Origin: Eledone cirrhosa | Lineage: Eukaryota | Direction: 5' to 3' | DNA length: 64,000 bases | Assembly (NCBI GenBank): GCA_964016885.1 | Contig: OZ024740.1 | Location: 413,230,001 to 413,294,000 of the forward strand | Shown: positions 40,190-55,366 of the stretch, in pieces | How the letters are laid out: each line of letters opens with the position of its first letter | How positions within the stretch are numbered: the first letter of the stretch is position 1 | Position numbers and translations under genes: made by a program | The notes under the pieces: model-generated | Seen by the model: only the letters and a program-made list of their open reading frames with translations | Databases searched by the model: none | Told to the model about the DNA's origin: nothing

Positions 40190-40860
40190 ACCCAATGGGC
40201 AGAAAAGAACAATATGCTGCTGAATAAGGATAAGTTCGAGTTAATCCACTTTGGAAAAAAGGATGCCCTGAAACTACCATACTCTCTTCTTTCAGGTGAA
40301 ACTCTCGTGGCATCCAACAAGACCAGAGACCTGGGAGTAATTGTGGACAACAACATAAGCTGGACCACTCATATAAACAGCAAAGTTGACATGGCCCGCA
40401 AAATGTGTTCCTGGATTCTCAGAATCTTTCAGTCGAGAGATATCTACACTGTTATCCTTCTCTTCTCCATTTTTGCCCGACTCCACCTTGAATACTATTG
40501 TCCCCTGTGGTCTCCCCACACGAAATAAAGTATCATGAAAGTTGAAGCACCTCAAAGGTCAATCCCAAAAAAGATAGATGGCTATCCGCCCACGACAAAA
40601 ATCTCACTCGCATCTCATAACAACAATACGGTACAAGTATTTCACCTCAATTGGCCCCGCTCTCTTTAACATTACACCAAAACACATTAAAACGGAAACA
40701 GAACCCATGAAGTCAAGAAGTCTCTGGGCAAATTCCTTCAAGAAATCCCGAATAAACCTCCTACATCCGGATATGCCTCCTTGAGTGGGCCATGGTGCCC
40801 AAATCTTGATTTGAAAGACTTCGCCAGGTGGTGCTATTGAGTTAGACATGTCCTGGGCCA
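40190..40860 (+). mobile_element. CR1-like LINE 3' fragment
   Basis: W..NNM.LN.DKF..IHFG, RDLGVIVD, ILR.F.SRD, R.HLEY....WSPH. Confidence 0.8.
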
Positions 40861-43052
40861 GTGTGTATGTGTGTATGTATGTGTGTGTGTCTGTGTGTGT
40901 GTGTATTTGTGTGTGTGTATATTTGTGTGTGTGTATCATATTTGTTCAATAGAGAGTGGTTACCTGATCTCGAATCAGCCGTCTTTTATATAACAGACGT
41001 CAAGCACTCAACGGTATATGTTTATATATGTTTTATATATATATATGTATATATAAAATTTCAGGTTATCAATAATGTAGTGATAATATATCGTTACGTT
41101 AGAGATGAACAGCGTACGTGCAGGTTTGCTCAACGAGTATAAATTATATTCCGGAGAAATGTAGAAAGGATGAATATAAAATGAAAGTGCTTTTGTTAAA
41201 AAAGGAATTTATTAGGTATTGACATATGTTTCTGTAACAGACCGAATACCTATGTATCGCTGCTTGCGTAATCATATAATGTTAGCAAGTATTCGAAAGC
41301 AAATGTATAATCAGTTGTCACTTCTTCAGAGATTTTGGATAAACTGGATAAAATCAGAAAAATTGAAGTATTTATATTAGTAAAAGAGGAAGGAACAGAG
41401 GGGATAGAATATGACAGATGGTAAAATAATTTACTGCTAAACAAGTATATAATGGCTTTTTAATGAGAATACCATGAGTAAATCTAAATAAGAATTTTGG
41501 GAGTGCCAATTTTAATCTCTACTTGACCAACTGGACAGTGGACAGGGCTGGTCATTTGGTGCAGTAGTATTAATTATAAAGTGTCAATTGGGGAAGGGGG
41601 AGATTTCGATTGCTACTAAATAACATCAATGCTAGTAGCCAGCTGGTATATGCACTAGGGAATTGAATCAAGAAATCAGAAATCTCATTTTATCTATAGC
41701 AGTTTGTATTAAAAGGTAAATAATAGAAGAGTTGATAGAATTAAGACTAATAAAGAATGTTCATATCTATTTTGACAATCAAACGGGGATAGAGACAGGC
41801 GTTCAATCCTGGTAGTATTTATAATATGAAAATGTAGATTTTAAGCGATGGTTACAGTATAACGATCGCTCTATTCTGTTATTTAATAAAATGTTTTTGG
41901 ATTTCATAATACAAAATAATTCTACATTACATAATTTACAAAATTCTTGTCCATTGGATTATGGGGGGGGGGGGGGGGGGGGCAGTCGCTATTATATCCC
42001 ATTTTAGGTGAAATTGTATGTATATATATATATATATATATATGTGAAATATATATATATATATATATATATATAAGCGAGACAAGCAAAATTCAAACAA
42101 TCTTTCAAAATAAATTCAAAAAATATAATTTAAATATTTACCTATCCATATTGCTTTTACCGACGGATTCGCTTCACAAAAGATTGGAAATCCAAGGGAC
42201 TTCCAATGGAAAGTTCGGCTCTTCAGAAATCATTTTCCCTTACATAGAACATAAAGTCCCACACCCAGCAAATATATTGCCTTCAGCCAGCTAGTGCAGG
42301 ATCGAATGGGGCAGGAAACGTGGCCTTCACGTGAACTGGTCGTTAGTAGATAATTAGTGTATTGGGTTAAATATTTATACATATATTTATACGTAAATAA
42401 GTCCGTTATTGCTACAACCAGTCTACTAACTTCTAGCAAACACCCGAAACACAGTAGCCATCTTGTGGGGAAGCCACCCATTGTGAAGCTTCGACTGTCA
42501 TATTACGTAGTTTCTATATAATATTAATATCTCCACCGACTATAACTCGTAATTGACTATAACTTAGTAATTGACTATGCTTCAACTCGTCTCGTTGTCT
42601 CTCGTTCTTAAACCCTCAAACCATCCAATTAGATGAAATGATGCCGCGCAACAGGAAGTCTACTTTTCACAACAGAACATAAAAATCAAAAATTAATAAT
42701 AATAAAGAAAATACTCAAACATTTATGAAGAAATAAGTCTAGTTCTTACAACCAACAATAATAATAAGGAAAACACCCAAGATATTAAGTGGAATGAATG
42801 CAAGAGGAAAAATACGAATATGATATAAGAAAATACGATAACAAAAGGCGACGCCAAAGGTATAAACCTGAATGTCAATATTTACGTAGAAAAAATATAA
42901 TATTTACACACGAATGCAAAACAAAATTAAGATTAAATCATGTTTGTACAGACCTGCATGTACAAATAAGAACAACCACGTAATCAGAGATTTGCAAAAT
43001 CAAGTAACAAAATCCTGACTTACCTATCATGATTTTCCCTCTGTATATGTAT

Positions 43053-43420
43053 CATCATCATCATCATCATTGTTTAACATCTATCTTCCACGCTAGCATG
43101 GGTTTAGACGGGAATTGTCGCACTTGAGGCAAGATTGGTTGTCTCGCTCGTATGGGACTATCTAGCAGGTTTTCTACGGGTGGATGCCCTTCCTAACACC
43201 AACCACGTTTACAGTGTGGACTGGGAGGTTTTGTACCGTGTTACGTACACGGCCACATTACAGCGTGGACTGCGTGTGTTTTTTTGTCGTGACACCTACA
43301 GGACCTCATTTATTTAGGACTGGATGTTGTGGTACCAACATAACTTTACAGAGAAAGGGATGGTGTTGATGGGGGTGTTGGAGTTGGGGTAGTGGGAAGG
43401 GGTGTCTATTTGATTAAGAG
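43053..43420 (-). mobile_element. Probable second SINE-like repeat with (ATG)n tail
   Basis: (CAT)n followed by gtttaac...catgggtt...ggatgcccttccta, a motif pattern recalled from octopus SINE-like repeats. Only one copy in this window. Confidence 0.45.
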
Positions 43421-43799
43421 GTGCCTAGTGACTGTAGGTTTCGCTTTGTACTTAGGCAAGGCGGGTTTTCTGTATTACTGCGTAGCACCAAAGATCTAGG
43501 TATGTGTGTGTATGTGTGTGTGTATGTGTGTGTTTGTGTGTGTGTATGTGTGCGTGTGTATATGTGTGTGTGTGTGTGTCTGTGTGCATAGATTAAACAG
43601 AAATATAGTATGTTAACGCTTGAAATAGCAGGAAAGGTGTCAACTTTTCTGACATTACTCCTTCATCAACAGATAGAGCTAGAAATAGAAGATAAAAAGA
43701 ATGATAAAGAGTGAAAAGAGGAAGGAACGGGAAAAATGTGAAAAGAAAGGGCGGAAAATCCCGCGTGCGTATTCAGTCAGCCATTTTGGAAGAATATAT

Positions 43800-44520
43800 A
43801 TATTGTTATATTTCAGGAGGGACATGTTGCCAACAAAAACAGGCTTCACAACAAAAAACACGGGTTTCACTTCTATCCATTGTTATAGATTCCCAGTCGG
43901 TAGTAAATTTAATGACTGGATTGTTGTTTTAGATTTTCACCAAAGTCCTTTCGTCACACATTCTGTGACCTCTTCAGTGACTACATTTATTGTTATTTTG
44001 TGAATTTCCTTTGTTGCCTTGTTTTGGAGAGATGTGGTACTTTGGCTGCGAATGTATTATATCAGGGTTTATATGTGTATGCGTTTTAATTTATTTATTT
44101 ATACATTTATTTATTTATTTTCTCTATTTCCTCTTTGTTACTAGTAGGTTACTTGTTCTATGTAGTTGGTGACAATCTCTTGGCTCCACCGTATGTCCGT
44201 ATGGGTTCTCCTTTGACTTGAACACTATTTGATTGGTGGCCTTGTGAAATGAATACAGCGTCGGCATGCCATTGGTCCCCAGCCTGAAATTTCTTAGCTG
44301 TACGCTTATTGGATTGCATTAGGCTAGATTACATTATCATGTGAGCGTTGATGGTTGTTTCACTTTCCCCGAGCTTGTATGATGTTATTTCTCCTGTGCT
44401 GATTATGTGGTATTGCATTTTCTGGATGTATTTTGGAATGCTGTCTACTAACATTTTGCCAGAATTGTCAATTGGAAAGTATACAATGTCTACATTTCAA
44501 GTGCGCTGTATATTGGCTCT
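43800..44520 (-). mobile_element. Highly decayed PLE related to 26717-29275
   Basis: The terminus matches gttggcaacatg.ccctcc..ataacaatata (also at 29255 and 30236). A GMPTLY-like RT remnant lies at ~44250-44280. Confidence 0.55.
43939..43981 (-). ncRNA. Type I hammerhead-like motif
   Basis: gtca CTGAAGA g gtcaca-gaatg-tgtgac GAAA ggac TT tggt. Confidence 0.65.
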
Positions 44521-45379
44521 AGCTTCTCTACCTCTACGTCTCCCTTTTTTATTACCGTCCCTTTCCTATGTGTCACTGCTGTTTTCTAAATTGTTCTGTA
44601 TGTCTGTCGTTGTTGGTTGGGTTTCCATGTGCGTTGTAGGGGGAATATGGCCTGCGATGTGTATGTGTTTGTTATTGTTGTTGTTTGTGGGTTTGTTATC
44701 GTTGCTTGTGTTTTTGAAGTTATTTTTGTTTTTTAGTATCCATCAAATTTTAGTGAATATTTTGTTTATCTCAAATATGCATTCTAGCATATCTACCTTA
44801 CAATGTCAGGCATATTTTGGTGGTAAGTGTAGGACAGAAAACTTTGCGAGGTTCTATATGATTGTAACAATCGTTGCTAAATCGTTGCTTAGGAAATCTG
44901 GTCAATACAATTATAGACAGGAAAAGGGAGCAGATGGCAATACGATGAATCGAACCCATACCTCTCAAATTTAGACTGAGCTAAACCACTCTTGAAATCA
45001 ACTTTCATTTTTATAGAAAGCAATCGGCTGTGGTTATAGTTATTTCCTGCATTTGAGATTTTTATATTTTCTAAGAAATTCAATTTACGCAATACTCTAA
45101 TTCTTTACCTTGGAAATCTTGTTTACATTCAAGCTGTCATTTAGATTTCTATTTAGACGGAAGTTTTTGTCAGGGTCCGTTTAACTCAACAGTCAAGAGT
45201 GCTCAACTTAAATTTCACAAGTACGTATATTGCCTCTGCGTACCGTCTGAAGAGGCCAATTTTTTCCGTCTACATTTTCTAAGAGTTTCAGTCTATTCCA
45301 CGTTCCAATAGTTTACATTTGAAATGTTACTCACACACACACAGACACACACACACACACACAGACACGCACCCCCCCC

Positions 45380-45446
<67 letters not shown>

Positions 45447-45486
45447 TGCGTGTGTATGCGTATCTATATCTATATCTTTGTGTGTG

Positions 45487-45525
<39 letters not shown>

Positions 45526-47171
45526 AGAGAGGGGGAGCGATGGAAAAAAAGTGTCAAACACATATATTTATATATGCGTGTGTGTGAGTGTTTGTGTATG
45601 TATGTGGGTGTAAATTTTATTATTTTATTATCAAATGTGTATTTTGTGAGTGAACATAATGTTATGTATCTGAACGTCAATATATAAACTTTCATAATCT
45701 CCCCCAGGAGTGTAATCAATAAAGATAGCAATCTTTGTTTATCTCGAGAGGCTTAAACATAAATAAATCTGTATTCTGTTTGGTGTTTATAAAGGGTTCT
45801 CTTACAAAAGATTTTATAAGTAAAATCAATAGGATTGTAAGGATAATTGCGTAACGTCTGTATAAACAGAAATGATATTTCTATTTCACATTATATATAG
45901 ATATTTTTATATATTCGGGGAATACATTTTTTTACCTCTGTTCTCTTGTGTGCCAGATTATTTCTGAACACACTTGAATTTTATTTGTTTGACATCAAGT
46001 ACATGAGACGAGCAGTGTCACTCGAGCTATGACAATCTGGTCATTCCTTAAGTTATGAAATATATACGACTGGGTCGTATATTATGAAGGGTGTTTAGTA
46101 ATATCTAAATGCTGATTTGTTTTTAAGCGGAATTCAATGGATAGTTGTTACTGTATTTGAATCTATAATTTTTATATTTGTTCAAACCAATTTGACCTTA
46201 ATTGCCAAATTATCATTGAAGTTAATATATCCATTAACTAAAGTAATTTACATTATCGAGCAAATCTACGCTGTGACAATATTGACGGTTATGGATTTAA
46301 TGACAGTATAAAAGCCAATGTATGTTTCAAATCATTTCTTCTCTAATTACTATCAATAATTATTTTTTCCGGACATATCATCCTCATAATCCACTTCGTC
46401 GTCATCGTCTTTATAATAATCAGTGCGATAATGTTCAATATCATGAAATATTTTTCTCTAATTTATTTTCAACTTAATTTCATAATATCATAAAACAAGA
46501 AGATACTTTATGACCCAAAACATCAGTATTAGTCCTTCTTGCATCGAGACTAGACTAGCGTATTTAATAGCAATTAAAATTTAGACGCTCTATTACATTC
46601 ACATAGCTCTACTGTGGTATTAATGAGAAAGAAATACTGAAATGAAACGATTCCTACCGGCATATATTAACACCTATATTAATTATGAAAATATTCGAAA
46701 CACTTTAAGTATTACAAGCCATTATAATTCCGAGTTCTACACCTAACTACACTATACTCTACAGTAGTGTATTTCATAACACCAAATGTATAATTATAGC
46801 GTAAGGCAAAGATACATTTATCTGTTTACAATATCAACAACAAGAGTAGATGTAAATATAACAGTAAAATTAAAAATGCTAAAGGAAATATAATTTAGAC
46901 ACCTGAGTAAATTAAATGGTTTTTTTACGTGAGAAATGAACATCTCTTCATTATAGAGCACCTGGAAATTATCATTAATTTTAAATGCATATTTCTTAGA
47001 CAATATAAATTAGTTAAATCGATATAAGAATACAGTTCTATAGTTGCTTTTAAATAGTTTTGAAATAATATCCCCAGAGAAATATTATCTAATAACTAAA
47101 ATAATGTGTAGCTATATGCTAATTGGAGCACATTTAGATTTGCTATAGTTATAACAATTCATGCTTCCCTC

Positions 47172-47223
<52 letters not shown>

Positions 47224-48156
47224 TATATCTATGAGTGTGTATGTGTGTGTGTGTGAGTGAGTGATTGAGTGTGTGTGTGTGCGTGTGTGGGGGTGAATGT
47301 GTGTGTGTGCGTGCGTATGAGTCAATATCCAGAGGAAATTTTCTGGTTGTATACTTAATCCAATTAGTGTCGTGGAAGTTCATGCAACATTCCATAGAGC
47401 ATGTGATTTAATATTACTGCATATTAATGCATAACTTGATACAATAATATTTCCATTATCCACTCTCATTTCAAATGCTGTTTATTTACACTATTTGTAG
47501 TAATTATCATATACAAATAAACACTAGAACCGTTAGGTGTGTGAAGGTTGGTCACACTATGAATCTGATCCGAAATAAATCAAATTACATGACTGTGTGC
47601 CATGTGATCAACTATTTACAAGAATATAGTCTCGCGAAATCATTCCTTTTACTTTCTCTTACTGGTGGGCATTAAGGTGACGAATTGGTAAGGTCGTTAG
47701 AATGTCAGGTAGAATGTTTCATGGTATTCGTTCTGGCTATCAGTTTCCTCAATTCAAATGCCACCGAGTTCGACGTTTTTTTTTTTAAGTAGATAAAAAA
47801 GTAGAAACAATTATTTCAGTCCTCTATACCCCCCCCTCCCCGTTCTATTTCTCTATTTCACTCTTTCAATTTTCTTTTGCTTTAAATCTCTCTATTTCTC
47901 TAGAGGATGTGGTCTCTGTTCCAAACTAGAGAGACGGGAGCTTCAGCAGATTTTTAATGCTGACATTACGTCTTTTGTATCAACGGTGCCCCATCGACTC
48001 CATCAGGAGAAAAGGGCTCATGGCGTGTTTTGGTAATAATTGATATTATCGTATAAATTTCGAACTGATCAATATAGCAGATCCCATTCTTTTACCATAT
48101 AGAAGAAAGATATTTCTCTAGTTAATAATTACAACCTAGAAAATATTCAATATTTA

Positions 48157-48273
48157 ATAATTGTTTCTACTTTTCGTACAAGGCCAGCAAAAATCCCCAG
48201 TACATTGTTGGTACTTTATTTTATCGACCCCGTAAGGATGAAAGGCAAAGTTAACCTCGACGTTTTTGAACTC
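48157..48273 (-). mobile_element. tRNA-derived SINE, 5'-truncated
   Basis: Same family. TSD aatattcaatatttaataat. Confidence 0.82.
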
Positions 48274-49367
48274 AATATTCAATATTCAATATTTAATAAT
48301 GATTCAGTGCTTTTGTTCGATACAAGTGCTTATGCGCTCGGCCTATTGCTAGATATTTATAATAAGATAGAAGCAGTTATCTTCATCAGTATTATATCAT
48401 CAATCAAAAGATTAAAATTCCGAACGAAAATTCGCGTTTATAAGTCGATCTCATTTCGTAGCTTTCTTGTATGATTAATATATAAGTATATCTCCATCTA
48501 ATTACGTTCGATGCTTTCTTTTGTAATAACTAAACCAAATTATTAATCGAAACATTATATATCAACAGTTCGACCGCATCAATAGCTGGCTATAATTTCT
48601 CATAGTTTCCTTATGGCACTGCAAGTATATGACAGTAGGTACATATTCACTACCCATAGAACTTAACACAAACTACCCACTGGGATATGTGGACAAGTAA
48701 TATACAGATCGATAGTAATCCGGCTGTTACATAGAAAAGTATGTTTGGAATTACTGGAACGAATGTTGGAAATAGTGTTATCAATCTTGTGAGAAAAATG
48801 TTTCAGAAGGCAAACTTTGACGACCTTATTATCGTGCCTAACGAAACCTCCAGGATACAGAACTTTCCTGTGATGAATTGTAGCCTATAATTTATTGTAG
48901 GATGGAAGCTAAGTTATAACGTTTATCTTCTTTATATTTCCCAATGATATTTATGGCAGAAAGTAAAATAAATATACTGACATACGGACTTTTAGTATCA
49001 CATAGATACCGCCAAATCATATCAGAAGTCTGCAGATGTGTATCTATTTATATATTTCATATCACAGTTTCTGAAAAGTAGCGTTGTTGCACAAAGGATT
49101 CCAACGTCTCATAATACAAGTAAGGTGAGTTTTCTACAGTGAATTTGTGACGTCAGTTCATGTATAACTCAATAAAGAACAAATGTATAGCAATATGAAA
49201 ATTCGTTGAATTGGTGGTGTTTTTAGTTTTAAACTAACAGTCGTTAAAGCATGGGCTGATATGCCCCGACAAAGTTTATATAACATTTCTCCACATGAGA
49301 ATTATGGCCATACAGCATCATATATATTAGGATATGTGCCTTTGTCATTGAAGATGGGAAGGGACTA

Positions 49368-49422
<55 letters not shown>

Positions 49423-49998
49423 ATATATATGTATAAATAAACACAGTAAATTTCGTGTCTAAAATTACGAGGGTATAAGACACCACAAATGTTTAAAATA
49501 TTTAATCTTAACCATACAGTATGATATACTGACCGTATCAAAACCATTTCATCTCTCGGACAGATTTTAGATTCAATCTGATTCGCCATGAAAAATTGTG
49601 TCTGTAACAGATAATCTGTAGGCTATCATCAGCGAGAGATTAGATCAAATGAAACAAAACACGTCTAACAGCAATTTGAGGCCAAAAGATATGTTCGTCG
49701 TGGTCTGCACGTTATACGTGGTATGAGTAGTTATGCTAGAAATAATAGCCTTATCCCACTCACTTTATAAGCTCACCCAGTCAGAGAGCCGAAATACAGA
49801 TAAAATAGAGTTATTAACTCATATAGGTACCCTATAATTAAAACAAGCTCACAGTATAGATACCGGGCATACAGTATGGTTAATCTTAACCATACTGTAT
49901 GGTTAAGATTAAATATTTAAAACATTAGTGGTATCTTATACCCTCGTAATTTTAGACACGAAATTTACTGTGTTTATTTATACATATATATTACTATA

Positions 49999-50109
49999 TA
50001 ATTGTTTCTACTTTAGGCACAAGGCCAGCAATTATCCAGTGCATTACTGGTACTTTATTTTATCGACCCCGTAAGGATGAAAGGCAAAGTCAACCTCGGC
50101 GGGATTTGA
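49999..50109 (-). mobile_element. tRNA-derived SINE, 5'-truncated
   Basis: Same family. TSD atatatattactatataat. Confidence 0.82.
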
Positions 50110-50372
50110 TATATATTACTATATAATGCTCGGTATCTATATTTTGAGCTTGTTTTAATTACAGGGTACCCATATGAGTTAATAACTGTGTATTTTATTT
50201 GTATATATATATACATATATATGTAAATCATCTGATGTTTTTACATTGAGCTACTTAACTTACTGGTAATAAGGTAGTAATACAATACTGCCTACCACTA
50301 TTTAGGGTGTGTGTAAAATACTTACAACTGCTTAAGGTTTTGTATTTACATAACCATAAATAGTATAACTAA

Positions 50373-50514
<142 letters not shown>

Positions 50515-50967
50515 GTGTGTGTAGGAGATCATCCACAGATTTCACTCTACAACGTTCTTCTCACAAGTTATAAATAACCACGTCTATAATAATAAATATA
50601 AGTCCAAAGTGTCTTGCAATAGGATCGGAGGCAAAGCCACGCCTTTGTAATGCAAAAATCTCCGCACATATCCCATCGTGTTAAATATTTTCTTTTGTCC
50701 ACTTAAAGGCATGTAAAGATCAACACAACATAATTATGATAAATCTCACTACTAAGACGCTACACTTGAGTCTGTAAACGGTTTTTGATATACTATGATA
50801 TATGTACATATATCTGACGTCTACATTGTGTGTTTGGACGAAACAGACAGTAAAATAATGACGTTACTAATGCGGAAGCTTTAATAGAATCGGTGTTTAC
50901 GTATACCCATGTACACCCACTCACATACACACACACTCACACACACGCACACACACATACACGCACA

Positions 50968-51014
<47 letters not shown>

Positions 51015-51019
<5 letters not shown>

Positions 51020-51483
51020 GAAGAGAGAAGAAACATTAGATATAATTAATAATGAGATATATCATACCTAAAATCCTTCTTTACTCTCCGACTACGTAGC
51101 TTCGTGGCATATTATGCAAAAACATACTTCTCGCCACCTTAGCCACCTCTTCTACGGGTTTGATATAAGTACCCCCTCCACCTCCGTGGTATTTTTTTCA
51201 TGGTTATAAGGGGCTTAGCACTGTTTCTTGACCGCTGTATCACGTGATTGACTCCCCCTCCGCCGTTCAGGATTCTATCTCGCGTCCTACGGACGTCTTT
51301 TGAAACTCTTAATGAGGTATCCTCTTGATAAGACGGCAGACCTCACAAAAACTCTATATCTCTGTGATGTAGTGTTTTTGCATAATATGCCACGAAACTA
51401 CGTAGTCGGGGAGTAAAGAAGGAGATTAGGTATGATATATATTATTATTAATTATATCTAATGTTTCTTCTCTCTTCATAATG
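51015..51483. repeat. Fold-back repeat with ~110-bp inverted arms and a hammerhead 3' half
   Basis: 51015-51125 vs 51373-51483. Contains cacGAAActacgtagTCgggg (palindromic stem III), but the core is degenerate. Confidence 0.75.
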
Positions 51484-51773
51484 TATTATATAACTTTGAT
51501 ACTGAATCAATCTAATCCATTCTGTTTATTTTGTCCCAGTTATTCATAGAGCAACATCGGTTGTGGTTGGCACCACTAATTCAAAGATATATGTGGATTT
51601 ATTTATGTATATGTATGTGTCCGGATGTATCTGTGTGTTTCTATATATATATATATATATATATATAGTAATAAGATATGTGTTCCTTCACGCACAAGGC
51701 GCTAAGGTACGCATGTATTGTCCAACCAAATGCCAGTGTGGTTCAATGGCAGGTTAATAAATTAAAGAGCCAG

Positions 51774-51889
51774 AACAAGGTTTAGCAAATAATGAAAAAG
51801 TTTCAAAATAAATTTTTAAAAATTGAAAAGTAGGTAAAGTCAATTTTTTAAAATTTATTTTGAAACTTTTTCATTATTTGCTAAACCTT

Positions 51890-51892
<3 letters not shown>
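51774..51892. repeat. Near-perfect hairpin (~52-bp arms) abutting (TA)n
   Basis: aacaaggtttagcaaataatg...cattatttgctaaaccttgtt. Confidence 0.9.
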
Positions 51893-51968
<76 letters not shown>

Positions 51969-52016
51969 TATGTATACGTACATACATATATGTATACAGA
52001 CGTACATACATACATG

Positions 52017-52067
<51 letters not shown>

Positions 52068-52069
<2 letters not shown>

Positions 52070-52645
52070 GTATGGGTTTACCGAACATTTATTATATTGC
52101 TCGGTTTGTTTGTAAACAACCAGCCCGAATTATTAGCCGTACAGTGTTCGGCAACCATCGTTGCCATTTTGTTCAGCACTGACAAAGGAACGATGAACTA
52201 GTTTCTAACTTACTAGCGGTCATCAGCACCGTATACCTTCCTGTCAGTTGATTGAACGTTTGAAAGTATGTACTTTCCTCATGCATATTAACGGCTGAGC
52301 AGCCTAATTTGCATATCGAGTGAGTTAGTCGGCCGGGCGTACCGAAAACGATAAAAGGAAAAAATGAAATTTCATTTCTCACTCTTAGTACGGCTGATAC
52401 TTAAATGTAAGTATGTATACGCACATACATATATGTATACATACGTACAGTAGTATATATATATACATGCATACATGCACACATACACACACATATATAT
52501 ATATATGTATATATATACGTATGGGTTTACCAAACATTTATTATAATGCTCGGGTTGTTTGTAAACAAACAGCCCGAATTATTAGCCGTGCAGTGTTTGG
52601 CAACCATCGTTGCCATTTTGTTCAACACTGACAAAGGAACGATGA
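52068..52645. repeat. ~130-bp direct repeat pair (52068-52196 / 52517-52645)
   Basis: gtatgggtttacc.aacatttattat...gacaaaggaacgatga twice, each after a TA-rich microsatellite. Confidence 0.85.
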
Positions 52646-53544
52646 TATGGCTTTTCAAGCATTCTAGAGACTTGCACGCCTTCACACACTGACGACAACT
52701 ATGGATCTCCCTGGCTTGAGGTCCGGCATCAAGTTGCCCGTGAACCCTAACAACACTGTGGAGATCATAGTTCACTGGTTCTCTTTGAACGTGGCTGCGA
52801 CATACATACATACATACACACATACACACTTACATACATACATACACACTTACATACATCATTCAATTATCAATTGAAACCATTTTATGTCCCCCCAGTT
52901 ACTTATGACATACGAGGGAACGGCATCAACATCAACATACGTTTTACATCTCTTAGATTAAGAAGGGTATTAATTTGCCCACAGTTTAAATTACGAAGAT
53001 ACATTTCTGATGAGCTTTCTAATGATTTACACCAGGGATTTACAGTTTTACATCATTTGATGTTCTTAATTTTATTTTTCTAATATATTACCTTAGCCCT
53101 TTGGCATTTACATTACTCTATATATACTATTGTATTTTAGTGGTAAAGGCTATACCTCACATAATTGTCTCCTAATATTCAATATATTCATTTTGAGGAC
53201 AATACCTTAACATTAGTATGAGTGGCGAGATACAGCTGGTTTGAACAGAAAGAGTGGAGAGAATTTTGGCCGGATAGAGCCGTTTTAAATGCTAAAGGTT
53301 TAACAAGCACACAACCTGTTCTATTTTCTTGTAGCATTACTTTTTGTTTAAAATATCAAAAACATGAGACAAACTCTGTAATACATTAAGGCAAATCAGA
53401 GTGATGTATCAACGAGTAGAATTCAATTCAGCATTTAAATGTTCAACTATCAATCAAATCACCCTATGGTTTCTCCAACTACACCCAGGCGGGATATTCT
53501 GACGCTTAAGTGGCCTCATATTTATTATAAACGGTGGTTTAGCA

Positions 53545-53680
53545 GCATAGTTATGGTCATTTGTGTTCTCAGTTCAAATCCGCCGAGGTTAACTTTGCCC
53601 TCTTCCTTACGAGGTCGATAAAATAATGTACCAGTGATGATCTAGGATAATCGCTGGCCTTGTGCCAAAAGTAGAAACTA
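53545..53680 (+). mobile_element. tRNA-derived SINE, diverged and truncated
   Basis: agttcaaatccgccgaggttaactttgcc...gctggccttgtgccaaaagtagaaac. Confidence 0.8.
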
Positions 53681-54014
53681 TACTTATTATATTGTTATGT
53701 AATGTCATGTGCCTTTCATTGAAATGCTGTAATTTCGTATTCTGGTTAAATGATTGCATATGTTGCTCATAAGATTTTTAAGAATCCCAATGTTTCGCTT
53801 CGCAGCTATTTCACCAAGTTGACATTACCTAATAAAATGTTATAATAGACTAAGGACTTAATGAGTAACCTGTCTACGTTAAATAGATGGTTAAATCGTA
53901 CGAGCCAAATGTTTCTAGCAAATGAGGCGAACAGAATCAATGAATTAGCATATGAAGAGATTGTGAATAGACAAACCTGCTTACATATACACACATGAAT
54001 ATGCGCATTTATGT

Positions 54015-54112
<98 letters not shown>

Positions 54113-54235
54113 ATATATGTATATATATATATATAAACATTCTTATATATATATATACATTCATATATGTATATATATACATTCATATAAATATTCACAG
54201 TTGAAAATTGTAAACTTGACTGTCACCACACATTA

Positions 54236-54274
54236 TGAACCTGAAGATTGCGAAAGCATGAAAGTACTTGTTCA
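54236..54274 (+). ncRNA. Minimal type I hammerhead-like motif
   Basis: tgaac CTGAAGA t-tgc-gaaa-gca-t GAAA gtac TT gttca. Perfect 5-bp stem I and palindromic stem III. Confidence 0.7.
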
Positions 54275-54430
54275 ATTAACACTTAACATTTAATATTCTA
54301 CCATACTATTTCATTCTAATACCATTATAAATTTTAAAGGATTGTAAATAAAACGAGTAAATCAGACAAAGTTGGAATTCCTGTTATTAATATAATCTTC
54401 TATACACAATCATACACACCCGTGTATATT

Positions 54431-54462
<32 letters not shown>

Positions 54463-54719
54463 TATATATATAAGCAGCGATTATGTGCCCGTTAAGGGTG
54501 AAAGCAGCGATTCTTTGCTTAAACTTTAATCTGTTATTTTAATAAATATATATATATATATATATATATGTAGAGAGAGAGAGAGAGAGAGAGATGAAGT
54601 CGAAAATGCAACTGGAGTCTTATTTTTAAAAAAAATATATATATTTATTTGGTTTCTTTACCGGTTTCGCAGTTCTTCTCACATGTGAGAAAAACCACAG
54701 ACCCTCCATCTCAACTCTA

Positions 54720-54755
54720 CTTTTGAAAAGCAGAAGAACTGCGAAACCGGTAAAG
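54720..54755 (+). ncRNA. Minimal hammerhead-like motif, U3-A8 core variant
   Basis: ctt TTGAAAA gcag-aagaa-ctgc GAAA ccgg TA aag. Degenerate copy at ~61590-61622, and an inverted 3' half at 54650-54679. Confidence 0.6.
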
Positions 54756-55211
54756 GAACCAAATAAATATATATATATTTTTTTAAATAAGACTGTATAA
54801 AATAAGACCGTATAATTAAAAACATTTTGAAGACCGTGCGCTATCATTTTAATGTAGTGACTATGTCACTTACTTCTTTTTTCGGCAAAGGAAGGGAGAG
54901 AAGCTGACAGAAGCTGGATTCTTATAGAATTCCAGTAATAATCAGAAACTGATTATACAGAGCGATTGCCGTTTCAGCAAAATTTAAAAATTAGGATTGG
55001 TGCTCTGAAATAGCAATGTATACATGCATGTATGTATAGTTTATTTGGTAATATACCGTTTAATTAAAAACATTTGGAAGACATTGCACTATCATTTTAA
55101 ATATACGGTATATTACCAAATATACTATACATACATCGCTATTTTAGAACACCGATCCTAATATATATATATATATATGAAAACACGCAGCACGCGCGCA
55201 CAAAAACGAGG

Positions 55212-55366
<155 letters not shown>

